A stretch of 34,460 nucleotides of DNA from NCBI RefSeq assembly GCF_018977255.1, contig NW_024705562.1:1-34460 (forward strand). The letters are read 5' to 3'. A program made the position numbers and the translations under genes. Positions 10,241-18,935 of this stretch are shown one piece after another. The notes beneath the pieces were generated by a model. That model made no database searches. It was not told where the DNA came from and saw nothing but the letters and a program-made list of their open reading frames with translations. Each line of letters starts with the position of its first letter. Positions within the stretch are counted from its first letter, which is position 1. Source of the DNA: Callorhinchus milii. Lineage: Eukaryota.

Positions 10241-10478
10241 CTCGGTCAGAGTGGGGCAGATTTGTGATTGACAGAAATTATAACTAGAAATAAACTCTAA
10301 TACTCAGTAAATAATCGTTTGAAATGAAGAAGGATTCATCTTTAAAAGTTCAGGCTTTTAAGTGCAGCAGGTGACTCAACGTTTGGTGAAAATCACGTGA
10401 TAAAAGTGAACAGCAAGTCATTTTAAATTGTAATAACAATGAGAGCCAGTGGCCATTTTCTTTTTTAAAAGAGTTGCT

Positions 10479-10550
10479 CTCCCCGACGGGGAATTGAACC
10501 CCGGTCTCCCGCGTGACAGGCGGGGATACTAACCACTATACTATCGAGGA
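10479..10550 (-). tRNA. tRNA-Asp(GTC)
   Basis: Identical to the canonical A-type gene. Confidence 0.95.
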
Positions 10551-10789
10551 CTCGCTCAGAATGAGGCTGATTGTAGATTGACTGATATTATAACAAGTAG
10601 AAATGAACCCATATACTCGGCATATTACCGATTGAAATGAAGAGGGGTGTATCTTTAAAAGTTCAAGCTGGTTAGAGCAGCAGGTTACCTAACGATTAGG
10701 GAAAATCACGTGATTAAAAGAGCAAGTCCTTTCAAATAGTAATAACAATAAGGAGAGCCAGAGGCCAAAACATTTTTAAAAGAGTAGTT

Positions 10790-10861
10790 CTCCCCGACGG
10801 GGAATTGAACCCTGGTCTCCCGCGTTCCATGTGGGGAAACTAACGACGTTACTATCGAGGA
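10790..10861 (-). pseudogene. tRNA-Asp-derived pseudogene, class C (GGA)
   Basis: Matches class C consensus. Confidence 0.8.
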
Positions 10862-11096
10862 CTCGGTCAGAGTGGGGCTAATTCGTGATTGACAGCAATT
10901 ATAACAAAAAAACTCATATTCTCAGTAAATAATAGCTTGAAATGAAGAAGGATTCATCTTTAAAAGTTCAGGCTTTTGAGTGCAGCAGGTGAGTTAACGT
11001 TTGGTTGAAATTAACGTGATAAAAGGGAACAGCAAGTAATTTTAAATTGTAATAACAATGAGAGCCAGTGGCCATTTCATTTTTAAAAGAGTTGCT

Positions 11097-11168
11097 CTCC
11101 CCGACGGGGAATTGAACCCCGGTCTCCCGCGTGACAGGCGGGGATACTAACCACTATACTATCGAGGA
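11097..11168 (-). tRNA. tRNA-Asp(GTC)
   Basis: Identical to the canonical A-type gene. Confidence 0.95.
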
Positions 11169-11406
11169 CTCGCTCAGAATGAGGCTGATTGTAGATTGAC
11201 TGATATTATAACAAGTAGAAATGAACCCATATACTCGGCATATTACCGATTGAAATGAAGAGGGGTTTATCTTTAAAAGTTCAAGCTGGTTAGAGCAGCA
11301 GGTTACCTAACGATTAGGGAAAATCACGTGATTAAAGTCAAGAGCAAGTCCTTTTAAATTGTAATAACAATGAGAGCCAGTGGCCATTTTTTAAAAAAGA
11401 GTTGCT

Positions 11407-11478
11407 CTTCCCGACGGGGAATTGAACCCTGGTCTCCCGCGTTACATGTGGGGAACCTAACGACTTTACTATCGGGGA
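11407..11478 (-). pseudogene. tRNA-Asp-derived pseudogene, class B (GTA)
   Basis: Matches class B consensus; Helitron inserted 71 bp upstream of its 5' end. Confidence 0.8.
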
Positions 11479-11557
11479 CTCGGTCAGAGTGGGGCAGATT
11501 TGTGATTGACAGAAATTATAACTAGAAATAAACTCTAATACTCAATAAACTAGCAGT

Positions 11558-11580
11558 CGCCGCCCGCTTCGCGGGCGGTG
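11558..11580 (-). terminator. Helitron 3' subterminal hairpin (rolling-circle stop signal), copy 1
   Basis: CACCGCCCGC-GAA-GCGGGCGGCG, 4 nt before the terminal CTAG. Confidence 0.9.
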
Positions 11581-11738
11581 TGTATATGCTTGGTTGGTGG
11601 GGAGTTGAAAGTGGCTGGACACAATAGATATGTTTTGGTGATTGTTTTATGTTTATTTTTGTGAGGTTATATGTATTTTTATGAGATGCTCAATCGACAA
11701 TATTAAAGAATGCAACTTATTCAAATATAGAATGCAAC

Positions 11739-12163
11739 CTATTGAAATATATGGCGATACAGGATATTCTTCGTGTACACTCCGTCTTCCTCCTCGTCGT
11801 CAGGTCCCTCAATAAGCGCCTTGATGTTGGATCTTGCCGTGACTCGCGATAGTGCCACGTACAGTTGGCCGTGCGAGAAGCATGGCGTTGGTAGATATAA
11901 TCCCAGGTTGTGAACAGTTTGCCCTTGCGCCTTGTTGATGGTCATCGCGAAGGCTGGGACAATGGGGAACTGTTTGCGCCGAAGTCGAAATGGGAAGTCC
12001 TTCGTGTCCAATTCGCGGCGGATATGGTTGTTCTCAAGCAGCGAGTCCAAGACCAAGTGTGGGTACTCGGAAAGCTGCGGGAGGTCGTCAAAGTCCGACA
12101 GAGCCATCCCACCTGCCGTGAGAAACTCGTGGAGGCTGTGAAGGGTCTTGAACTTTACCATTT
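11739..12163 (-). pseudogene. Helitron RepHel remnant: Rep-helicase linker fused by deletion to PIF1-type helicase C-terminus
   Basis: FPFRLRRKQFPIVPAFAMTINKAQGQT...FSHGQLYVALSRV are PIF1/SF1B helicase motifs V-VI typical of Helitrons. Motifs I-IV are absent; deletion junction near 12005-12010 (RRELD|TKDFPF). Confidence 0.9.
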
Positions 12164-12173
12164 GTTTTATTTT

Positions 12174-12399
12174 CTTTGATGCTGCTAATCCTGCATAATG
12201 CACGGGTATAAGTAGTACTAATCAAATACCTGCATTTCCCATATCCCCTCCCTTTGATGCTGCTAATCCTGCATAATGCACGGGCATAATTAGTACTAAT
12301 CACAGACCTGCATTTCCCATATCCCCTGCCTTTGATGCTGCTAATCCTGCATAATGCACGGGCATAAGTAGTACTAATCACATACCTACATTTCCCATA
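12174..12399. repeat. 78-bp tandem repeat, ~2.9 copies
   Basis: ctttgatgctgctaatcctgcataatgcacggg... starts at 12174, 12252 and 12330. Confidence 0.95.
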
Positions 12400-12421
12400 A
12401 ATATGCTAAATTCCTCTTGAT

Positions 12422-12506
12422 ATGCAAATTATTTTGTCAAGGCGCCCTTTTCCCCCCTTCCAACCCAGCTTATATATATGCTCCAAGAACGTGTGCTGTT
12501 TCATTC
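12422..12506 (+). promoter_or_regulatory. Putative Pol II promoter of the nested insertion
   Basis: Octamer ATGCAAAT at 12422-12429, TATATATA at 12471-12478, Inr-like TCATTC at 12501-12506, about 30 nt after the TATA. Confidence 0.5.
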
Positions 12507-12532
12507 AGACGCTGTCGCCTCGACAGACCTGG

Positions 12533-12581
12533 TTTTCACCTGAGGACGGCTGCTTGCGTTGTGGCCAAAACGTCGTGAGAA
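12533..12581 (+). ncRNA. Minimal type I hammerhead-ribozyme-like motif (G12A variant), copy 1
   Basis: Stem I UUUUCAC/GUGAGAA; core CUGAGGA; stem II GGCUGC/GUGGCC; AAAA in place of GAAA; palindromic ACGU mini stem III; GUC cleavage triplet. Confidence 0.65.
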
Positions 12582-12666
12582 ATATTTTATTATGTTTTTA
12601 TTATTATTAATTTATTACTTCCCTTCTACGTGACTTTACCGAAAGAACCAAGAAGATTTACCATTT

Positions 12667-12819
12667 CTTCTTTGTTGGTCAGCTGGCGGTACTGGTACGC
12701 AGAATGGTAGCGAAGAGTTGACGAAGCTGGTACGGCATCTGAAAGAGCGAGTGTTTTTCCAGACACGCAATCCATTCGCGATCGCTCTCAAGGTAGCCTG
12801 CTCGCATGGCTGCTTCCAG
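12667..12819 (-). pseudogene. Helitron RepHel remnant (post-Rep region)
   Basis: LEAAMRAGYLESDREWIACL...FQMPYQLRQLFATIL resembles the conserved Helitron EAA..GLLEDD.EW...MP.QLRQLFA.IL segment. A frameshifting deletion near 12700 precedes AYQYRQLTNKEE. Confidence 0.85.
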
Positions 12820-14071
12820 CGGTTTGTTTTGTTTTATTTTATTCGTAACGCACCATCCATATGCGCTCCACCATCCACCATGCCTTGCATCGCAAAGACA
12901 CATCTCCGGTGTGCGTCAGCGTGTGCGCCATCCACAGTGACATTGGTCAGCAATTGCACCGTTCCGATCGCACACAGGTTGGCCCCTGCATCCACCGTCT
13001 GTATGTACACACACAGACAGATGCGCTATGGGGCCAACAATTGTTTTCTTATATTAAAATGTATTTTGTTGGTGTTTTTACGTTTACGTATTCCCATTGT
13101 GGGTGTTTTACGCATGCATCAGATTTTTGGGTTCCTCACATATGGTATCAGAGGTGTGGGTCACTCCATTTCTCAATCGAACAATAACGGAGATCGTTTC
13201 AGTTATGACAGCTTGCAGATAGAAACATTGCATGATCGTATACTAATAATGACAGAATTTGTACCCCAGTGGAGGGCATCCCCCACCCGGCGCTTCTTAC
13301 CGGTACTGTGAGACTTAGAAATCCAGACCTCTCCTCCTCCTGAACCGTTCACAATACCCTGTGGTAGTACCATAATCATCTCAATAAAGCGATCACTTTC
13401 CAATGGCCATTTTGATCCCGGGAGTTACCCGGGTGGTGTCACACTGTACTCATTGTTTTAGCATGTCGCAAATTCCGATATGGCTTGTGCAACGGCCAGA
13501 GAGTGACAGCGGCGGGGGCCGGGCTGCAACCTTTGTAGACCGTTTATTACATTTCAAAGTGCATGGGATTGTGACTCCAAAACATGATAAATGTACAGTA
13601 ACGCCAACTGCATCCGTGCCAAACATGATACGCGGACACATGCTGCATATTATGCAACACATGCCCTTACCAGCAGCAGCATGCACAACATCTGAATTGC
13701 ACAACCGAAGTAGACAGCAAGCCGTCCATGGAGACGTGATCAACGTCAATACATAATAATGGTAATAAGCCGGATAAACCGAAAAGTACCCATTGTACCC
13801 ATCAAACAGTCAGCTGGGTTGCCCCATGGGGGTATTGACCCATGGGCGAAACTGTAGGGGTGCGCTACGCAACTGGCCGTGGTCCTGGCAGGTGAAGCTG
13901 CCAGCTCAGTCCGCTAAGACTTACTGTATAGCGACCCCTGCCTACTCGTAAGGTAAAGTTGTTTGGGGACTCCACTAATCGCAGCACGCAGCACCCATTT
14001 TTTACATAAATAAACGTAATATTAGCGTAACTACCATTCGCACACTTGAATACACACCACACTCACACAGC

Positions 14072-14120
14072 GCAGGGTCTGCGCCCACAGTGCACTGCAG
14101 CACTGCGGCGCAGACCTTGC
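14072..14120. repeat. Long imperfect inverted repeat near Helitron 5' end
   Basis: GCAGGGTCTGCGCC-CA-CAGTGC-ACTGCA-GCACTG-C-GGCGCAGACCTTGC (13/14 outer arm, 6/6 inner arm). Confidence 0.75.
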
Positions 14121-14473
14121 CAAACCTATGCTATCGCTCTCTTCCGGGCGTGTTAATTATTTATTTTTTATCGAATCAAAGTGAGCTGAGGCTTTTTGCC
14201 GGCTGTTTTATTTTCATCGAATCAGAGCGAGCTGTTTGGGCGGGTCCGTAAATAAATTAACGTCCAGATACGCACGCAGACGACCAAACCAGCATAGTTG
14301 TTTAAGATAATCGTTTGAAATGAAGAAGGATTCATCTTTAAAAGTTCAGGCTGTTAAGTGCAGCAGGTGACTCAAGGTTTGGTTAAAATCGCGTGATAAA
14401 GTGAACAGCAAGTCATTTTAAATTGTAATAACAATGAGAGCCAGTGGCCATTTTCTTTTTTTAAAAAGTTGCT

Positions 14474-14545
14474 CTCCCCGACGGGGAATTGAACCCCGGT
14501 CTCCCGCGTAACAGGCGGAGATACTAACCACTATACTATCGAGGA
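14474..14545 (-). tRNA. tRNA-Asp-derived gene with anticodon changed to GTT (Asn)
   Basis: A-type body with C36T and C27T (U27-G43 wobble); cloverleaf otherwise intact. Confidence 0.7.
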
Positions 14546-14783
14546 CTCGCTCAGAATGAGGCTGATTGTAGATTGACTGATATTATAACAAGTAGAAATG
14601 AACCCATATACTCGGCATATTACCGATTGAAATGAAGAGGGGGTTATCTTTAAAAGTTCAAGCTGGTTAGAGCAGCAGGTTACCTAACGATTAGGGAAAA
14701 TCACGTGATTAAAGTAAAGAGCAAGTCCTTTTAAATTGTAATAACAATGAGAGCCAGTGGCCATTTTTAAAAAAAGAGTTGCT

Positions 14784-14855
14784 CTTCCCGACGGGGAATT
14801 GAACCCTGGTCTCCCGCGTTCCATGTCGGGAAACTAACGACGTTCCTATCGAGGA
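14784..14855 (-). pseudogene. tRNA-Asp-derived pseudogene, class C (GGA), extra mutations, B-type 3' end
   Basis: Class C with private substitutions (atgtcggg, cgttcct). Confidence 0.8.
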
Positions 14856-15091
14856 CTCGGTGAGAGTGAGGCTAATTCGTGATTGACAGCAATTATAACA
14901 AAAAAAAACCATATTCTCAGTAAATAATAGCTTGAAATGATGAAGGATTCATCTTTAAAAGTTCAGGCTTTTGAGTGCAGCAGGTGATTTGACGTTTGGT
15001 GAAATTAACGTTATAAAAGGGAACAGCAAGTGATTTTAAATTGTAATAACAATGAGAGCCAGTGGCCAAAACATTTTAAAAAGTGTAGCTC

Positions 15092-15163
15092 TTCCCCGAC
15101 GGGGAATTGAACCCCGGTCTCCCGCGTGACAGGCGGGGATACTAACCACTATACTATCGAGGA
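15092..15163 (-). tRNA. tRNA-Asp(GTC), discriminator position reads A
   Basis: A-type body; extra base at the 3' end (cttccccgac on the + strand). Confidence 0.8.
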
Positions 15164-15401
15164 CTCGCTCAGAATGCAAATGATTCTAGATTTACTGATA
15201 TTATAACAAGTAGAAATGAACCCATATACTCGGCATATTACCGATTGAAATGAAGAGGGGTTTATCTTTAAAAGTTCAAGCTGGTTAGAGCAGCAGGTTA
15301 CCTAACGATTAGGGAAAATCACGTGATTAAAGTAAAGAGCAAGTCCTTTTAAATTGTAATAACAATGAGAGCCAGTGGCCATTTTTTAAAAAAGAGTTGC
15401 T

Positions 15402-15473
15402 CTTCCCGACGGGGAATTGAACCCTGGTCTCCCGCGTTACATGTGGGGAACCTAACGACTTTACTATCGGGGA
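15402..15473 (-). pseudogene. tRNA-Asp-derived pseudogene, class B (GTA)
   Basis: Matches class B consensus. Confidence 0.8.
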
Positions 15474-15711
15474 CTCGGTCAGAGTGGGGCAGAATTGTGA
15501 TTGACAGAAATTATAACTAGAAATAAACTCTATATACTCATTAAATAATCGTTTGAAATGAAGAAGGATTCATCTTTAAAAGTTCAGGCTTTTAAGTGCA
15601 GCAGGTGACTCAAGGTTTGGTTAAAATCGCGTGATAAAGTGAACAGCAAGTCATTTTAAATTGTAATAACAATGAGAGCCAGTGGCCATTTTCTTTTTTA
15701 AAAGAGTTGCT

Positions 15712-15783
15712 CTCCCCGACGGGGAATTGAACCCCGGTCTCCCGCGTGACAGGCGGGGATACTAACCACTATACTATCGAGGA
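15712..15783 (-). tRNA. tRNA-Asp(GTC)
   Basis: Identical to the canonical A-type gene. Confidence 0.95.
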
Positions 15784-16021
15784 CTCGCTCAGAATGAGGC
15801 TGATTGTAGATTGACTGATATTATAACAAGTAGAAATGAACCCATATACTCGGCATATTACCGATTGAAATGAAGAGGGGTTTATCTTTAAAAGTTCAAG
15901 CTGGTTAGAGCAGCAGGTGACTCAACGATTGGGGAAAATCACGTGATTAAAGTAAACAGCAAGTCATTTTAAATTGTAATAACAATGAGAGCCAGTGGCC
16001 ATTTTTTAAAAAAGAGTTGCT

Positions 16022-16093
16022 CTTCCCGACGGGGAATTGAACCCTGGTCTCCCGCGTTACATGTGGGGAACCTAACGACTTTACTATCGGGGA
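16022..16093 (-). pseudogene. tRNA-Asp-derived pseudogene, class B (GTA)
   Basis: Matches class B consensus. Confidence 0.8.
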
Positions 16094-16330
16094 CTCGGTC
16101 AGAGTGGGGCAGATTTGTGATTGACAGAAATTATAACTAGAAATAAACTCTAATACTCAATAAATAATCGTTTGAAATGAAGAAGGATTCATCTTTAAAA
16201 GTTCAGGCTTTTAAGTGCAGCAGGTGACTCAACGTTTGGTGAAAATCACGGGATAAAGTGAACAGCAAGTCATTTTAAATTGTAATAACAATGAGAGCCA
16301 GTGGCCATTTTATTTTTTAAAAGTGTTGCT

Positions 16331-16401
16331 CTCCCCGACGGGGAATGGAACCCCGGTCTCCCGCGTCACACGCGGGATACTAACCACTATACTATCGAGG
16401 A
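16331..16401 (-). pseudogene. Degenerate A-type tRNA-Asp copy (anticodon position GTG, altered T loop)
   Basis: Three substitutions and a deletion relative to A-type; may be consensus error. Confidence 0.55.
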
Positions 16402-16639
16402 CTCGCTCAGAATGAGGCTGATTGTAGATTGACTGATATTATAACAAGTAGAAATCAACCCCGATACTCGGCATATTACCGATTGAAATGAAGAGGGGGT
16501 TATCTTTAAAAGTTCAAGCTGGTTAGAGCAGCAGGTTACCTAACGATTAGGGAAAATCACGTGATTAAAGTAAAGAGCAAGTCCTTTTAAATTGTAATAA
16601 CAATGAGAGCCAGTGGCCATTTTTTTAAAAAGAGTTGCT

Positions 16640-16768
16640 CTTCCCGACGGGGAATTGAACCCCGGTCAGATGGGCTGATTGTGATTGACAGAATTATAAC
16701 AATAAAATAACTCATATACTCATATTCCCGCGTGACAGCGGGGATACTAACCACTATACTATCGAGGA
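16640..16768 (-). pseudogene. Split A-type tRNA-Asp copy interrupted by 58 nt of spacer-like sequence
   Basis: 3' part at 16640-16667, spacer-like 16668-16725, 5' part at 16726-16768. Confidence 0.65.
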
Positions 16769-17008
16769 CTCGCTCAGAATGAGGCTGATTGTAGATTGAC
16801 TGATATTATAACAAGTAGAAATGAACCCATATACTCGGCATATTACCGATTGAAATGAAGAGGGGTTTATCTTTAAAAGTTCAAGCTGGTTAGAGCAGCA
16901 GGTGACTCAACGTTTGGTGAAAATCACGTGATAAAAGTAAACAGCAAGTCATTTTAAATTGTAATAACAATAAGGAGAGCCAGTGGCCATTTTTTAAAAA
17001 GAGTTGCT

Positions 17009-17080
17009 CTTCCCGACGGGGAATTGAACCCTGGTCTCCCGCGTTACATGTGGGGAACCTAACGACTTTACTATCGGGGA
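17009..17080 (-). pseudogene. tRNA-Asp-derived pseudogene, class B (GTA)
   Basis: Matches class B consensus. Confidence 0.8.
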
Positions 17081-17318
17081 CTCGGTCAGAGTGGGGCAGA
17101 TTTGTGATTGACAGAAATTATAACTAGAAATAAACTCTAATACTCAATAAATAATCGTTTGAAATGAAGAAGGATTCATCTTTAAAAGTTCAGGCTTTTA
17201 AGTGCAGCAGGTGACTCAACGTTTGGTGAAAATCACGTGATAAAAGTGAACAGCAAGTCATTTTAAATTGTAATAACAATGAGAGCCAGTGGCCATTTTC
17301 TTTTTTAAAAGAGTTGCT

Positions 17319-17390
17319 CTCCCCGACGGGGAATTGAACCCCGGTCTCCCGCGTGACAGGCGGGGATACTAACCACTATACTATCGAGGA
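17319..17390 (-). tRNA. tRNA-Asp(GTC)
   Basis: Identical to the canonical A-type gene. Confidence 0.95.
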
Positions 17391-17628
17391 CTCGCTCAGA
17401 ATGAGGCTGATTGTAGATTGACTGATATTATAACAAGTAGAAATGAACCCATATACTCGGCATATTACCGATTGAAATGAAGAGGGGTTTATCTTTAAAA
17501 GTTCAAGCTGGTTAGAGCAGCAGGTTACCTAACGATTAGGGAAAATCACGTGATTAAAGAGCAAGTCCTTTCAAATAGTAATAACAATAAGGAGAGCCAG
17601 AGGCCAAAACATTTTAAAAAGAGTAGTT

Positions 17629-17699
17629 CTCCCGACGGGGAATTGAACCCTGGTCTCCCGCGTTCCATGTGGGGAAACGAACGACGTTACTATCGAGGA
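17629..17699 (-). pseudogene. tRNA-Asp-derived pseudogene, class C (GGA)
   Basis: Matches class C consensus. Confidence 0.8.
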
Positions 17700-17934
17700 C
17701 TCGGTCAGAGTGGGGCTAATTCGTGATTAACAGCAATTATAACAAAAAAAACTCATATTCTCAGTAAATAATAGCTTGAAATGAAGAAGGATTCATCTTT
17801 AAAAGTTCAGGCTTTTGAGTGCAGCAGGTGAGTTGACGTTTGGTGAAATTAACGTGATAAAAGGGAACAGCAAGTAATTTTAAATTGTAATAACAATGAG
17901 AGCCAGTGGCCATTTCATTTTTAAAAGAGTTGCT

Positions 17935-18006
17935 CTCCCCGACGGGGAATTGAACCCCGGTCTCCCGCGTGACAGGCGGGGATACTAACCACTATACTAT
18001 CGAGGA
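17935..18006 (-). tRNA. tRNA-Asp(GTC)
   Basis: Identical to the canonical A-type gene. Confidence 0.95.
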
Positions 18007-18244
18007 CTCGCTCAGAATGCGGCTGATTGTAGATTGACTGATATTATAACAAGTAGAAATGAACCCATATACTCGGCATATTACCGATTGAAATGAAGAG
18101 GGGTTTATCTTTAAAAGTTCAAGCTGGTTAGAGCAGCAGGTTACCTAACGATTAGGGAAAATCACGTGATTAAAGTAAAGAGCAAGTCCTTTTAAATTGT
18201 AATAACAATGAGAGCCAGTGGCCATTTTTTAAAAAAGAGTTGCT

Positions 18245-18316
18245 CTTCCCGACGGGGAATTGAACCCTGGTCTCCCGCGTTACATGTGGGGAACCTAACG
18301 ACTTTACTATCGGGGA
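18245..18316 (-). pseudogene. tRNA-Asp-derived pseudogene, class B (GTA)
   Basis: Matches class B consensus. Confidence 0.8.
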
Positions 18317-18553
18317 CTCGGTCAGAGTGGGGCAGAATTGTGATTGACAGAAATTATAACTAGAAATAAACTCTAATACTCATTAAATAATCGTTTGAAA
18401 TGAAGAAGGATTCATCTTTAAAAGTTCAGGCTTTTAAGTGCAGCAGGTGACTCAAGGTTTGGTTAAAATCGCGTGATAAAGTGAACAGCAAGTCATTTTA
18501 AATTGTAATAACAATGAGAGCCAGTGGCCATTTTCTTTTTTAAAAGAGTTGCT

Positions 18554-18625
18554 CTCCCCGACGGGGAATTGAACCCCGGTCTCCCGCGTGACAGGCGGGG
18601 ATACTAACCACTATACTATCGAGGA
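18554..18625 (-). tRNA. tRNA-Asp(GTC)
   Basis: Identical to the canonical A-type gene. Confidence 0.95.
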
Positions 18626-18863
18626 CTCGCTCAGAATGAGGCTGATTGTAGATTGACTGATATTATAACAAGTAGAAATGAACCCATATACTCGGCATAT
18701 TACCGATTGAAATGAAGAGGGGTTTATCTTTAAAAGTTCAAGCTGGTTAGAGCAGCAGGTTACCTAACGATTAGGGAAAATCACGTGATTAAAGTCAAGA
18801 GCAAGTCCTTTTAAATTGTAATAACAATGAGAGCCAGTGGCCATTTTTTAAAAAAGAGTTGCT

Positions 18864-18935
18864 CTTCCCGACGGGGAATTGAACCCTGGTCTCCCGCGTT
18901 ACATGTGGGGAACCTAACGACTTTACTATCGGGGA
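18864..18935 (-). pseudogene. tRNA-Asp-derived pseudogene, class B (GTA)
   Basis: Matches class B consensus. Confidence 0.8.

Larger units (their letters stand above)
1..11549 (-). repeat. Tandem tRNA-Asp gene/pseudogene array, block 1 (38 units of ~310 bp; runs off the window start)
   Basis: Recurrent ~310-bp unit = 72-nt tRNA-like gene + AT-rich spacer. Unit order left to right: A C A B A B A A* B A C A B A B A C A B A A* B A C A B A B A C A B A B A C A B (A* = A body with B-type 3' end). Confidence 0.97.
12164..12656 (+). mobile_element. Nested 493-bp insertion (solo terminal-repeat-like, Penelope-type features) with 10-bp TSD TTTACCATTT
   Basis: TTTACCATTT at 12154-12163 and 12657-12666. 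Excising the insert restores an in-frame RepHel peptide AYQYRQLTNKEEMVKFKTLHSL. Confidence 0.8.
11550..14307 (-). mobile_element. Non-autonomous (internally deleted) Helitron, copy 1, 2758 bp
   Basis: Minus strand starts TCTTAAAC... (14307) and ends in a GC-rich hairpin + ACTG + CTAG (11550). Inserted between A and T with no TSD: removing it restores ctcaataaa|taatcgtttg, seen empty at 16156-16170. Contains RepHel remnants. Confidence 0.95.

Noticed and set aside
12164..12203. N-terminus MHYAGLAASKKIKQ of the 154-aa helicase ORF as a real start
   Set aside because: It comes from the nested insertion; the true upstream RepHel sequence resumes beyond the TSD at 12667.
12088..12381. 97-aa ORF with a 26-aa repeat
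   Set aside because: It is only the translation of the 78-bp tandem repeat; no protein-like features.
13330..13505. GIVNGS (minus) and YGLCNGQR (plus) resembling the PIF1 GLCNGTR motif
   Set aside because: Short matches in the wrong order or strand, without surrounding helicase similarity.
11910..13756. Plus-strand ORFs in the Helitron (89, 69, 62, 197, 108 and 117 aa) and their copies
   Set aside because: Antisense shadows of RepHel or unrecognisable peptides; no motif support.
16331..16401. Apparent tRNA-His(GTG) anticodon switch
   Set aside because: Accompanied by T-loop and position-32 changes and a deletion in an error-rich stretch; more likely decay or consensus error.
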